A stretch of 60,381 bases of DNA from Polyangiaceae bacterium. Its GTDB lineage: Bacteria > Myxococcota_A > Polyangia > Polyangiales > Polyangiaceae. The position numbers and the translations under genes are program-made. This document shows, piece after piece, positions 59,669 to 60,381 of the stretch (position 1 is the stretch's first letter; every line of letters starts with the position of its first letter). The notes beneath the pieces were generated by a model, which was not told the origin of the DNA, did no database searches, and saw only the letters and a list, made by a program, of their open reading frames with translations. The stretch covers positions 1-60,381 of the forward strand of contig JAPSGB010000029.1 in assembly GCA_035063585.1 (NCBI GenBank), read 5' to 3'.

Positions 59669-60142
59669 ATGAACGTGCGAAGACTGATGCTTTTGGGGTT
59701 GGTTGCCCTGGGTTCGATGTCCGCGGGTTGCACGATGCGCAGCGACGGCATCTACGGGCAGGAAGTGCAGAAGGTGCTCGAGGCCAAGGGCGGTGACCTC
59801 GCGCAATGCCACGCTCAGGCGCTCAAGGCGGATCCGAGCGCCGCCGGGTCCGTGATGGTGCACTTCAAGGTCGCGAAGGACACCGGGGACTTCACCGATC
59901 CCCAGATCGTCGCCGAGAAGACGACCGCGCCCGAGTCGCTCCAGCAGTGCGTCCTCCAGGCCATCCCCGGCCTGAAGCTCACCCCGGCGGACACCCAGCG
60001 CCCGGCCGACGCGAGCTACGAGTTCGTGTTCGCGCCGTCTGCGTCCGCGCTGGCCTCCGCCGACTCCACCACCCCAGGCGCAGCGGAGCCCTCGGGCCCG
60101 CCCAAGCTTCAGACCGCGCCTCCGCCGCCCGCAGCCAACTGA
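59669..60142 (+). CDS. Lipoprotein with AgmX/PglI C-terminal (TonB-C-like) domain
   Basis: Lipobox SAGC; 'QCHAQALKADPSAAGSVMVHFKV...QQCVLQAI...YEFVF'. Confidence 0.8.
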   Translation: MNVRRLMLLGLVALGSMSAGCTMRSDGIYGQEVQKVLEAKGGDLAQCHAQALKADPSAAGSVMVHFKVAKDTGDFTDPQIVAEKTTAPESLQQCVLQAIPGLKLTPADTQRPADASYEFVFAPSASALASADSTTPGAAEPSGPPKLQTAPPPPAAN

Positions 60143-60306
60143 CGCGAACCGCGCACGGGCTCGCGCCGGCCTCTGGATGTCGGTTCGGCGCGCGCCCGGG
60201 CGGGTTCGCCCCCGCTCGCCGTCGCGCCGGCTCGCCGCGGTGAGCGGCGCGACCTCGCGCGGCCGCCGGCCTCACGCCGCCGGCCGCGCCGGACCGGCAC
60301 CTTCAC

Positions 60307-60381
60307 TCAGAGCCGCTGCTCGTTCGCGGTCCGCGTGAGGATGTCCGAAACGAGCGCGTCGGGGAGCTGCCCGGATCTCTG
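60307..60381 (-). CDS. 3' end of a gene truncated by the window (…QLPDALVSDILTRTANEQRL*)
   Basis: Open frame from the window edge to TGA. Confidence 0.45.
   Translation of the reverse strand, partial: QRSGQLPDALVSDILTRTANEQRL

Overview
Very GC-rich bacterial DNA. Gene content (vWA 'IDNSASM' lipoprotein, AgmX/PglI-like domain, CNGxDDDC repeats, TamAB, PASTA-bearing FtsI) points to a Polyangiaceae/Sorangiineae-like myxobacterium; this taxonomy is inferred. The first 9.5 kb holds a type I-G (I-U) CRISPR-Cas interference operon, cas3-cas8g-cas7-csb2, on the minus strand. No cas1/cas2/cas4 is present in the window. A 14-repeat/13-spacer array faces the operon, and its last repeat stops exactly where Csb2 would cut and shares one base with the csb2 stop codon. 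The cas leader region carries two small ORFs with strong SD sequences and a repeat-like hairpin. The 9.6-40.6 kb region mixes housekeeping genes (carboxyltransferase, thiE, holB, uvrC, tamAB, rsmE, B12-binding subunit) with many secreted or lipoprotein genes, tandem-repeat proteins and several unexplained regulatory structures. Many isolated genes have a -10 box directly before an SD-less start, suggesting leaderless expression. The dcw cluster (mraZ to ftsZ, without murB/ddl) spans 40.8-57.5 kb, followed by hypothetical genes. I saw no rRNA, tRNA or transposase. Most long ORFs in the track are high-GC shadow frames.
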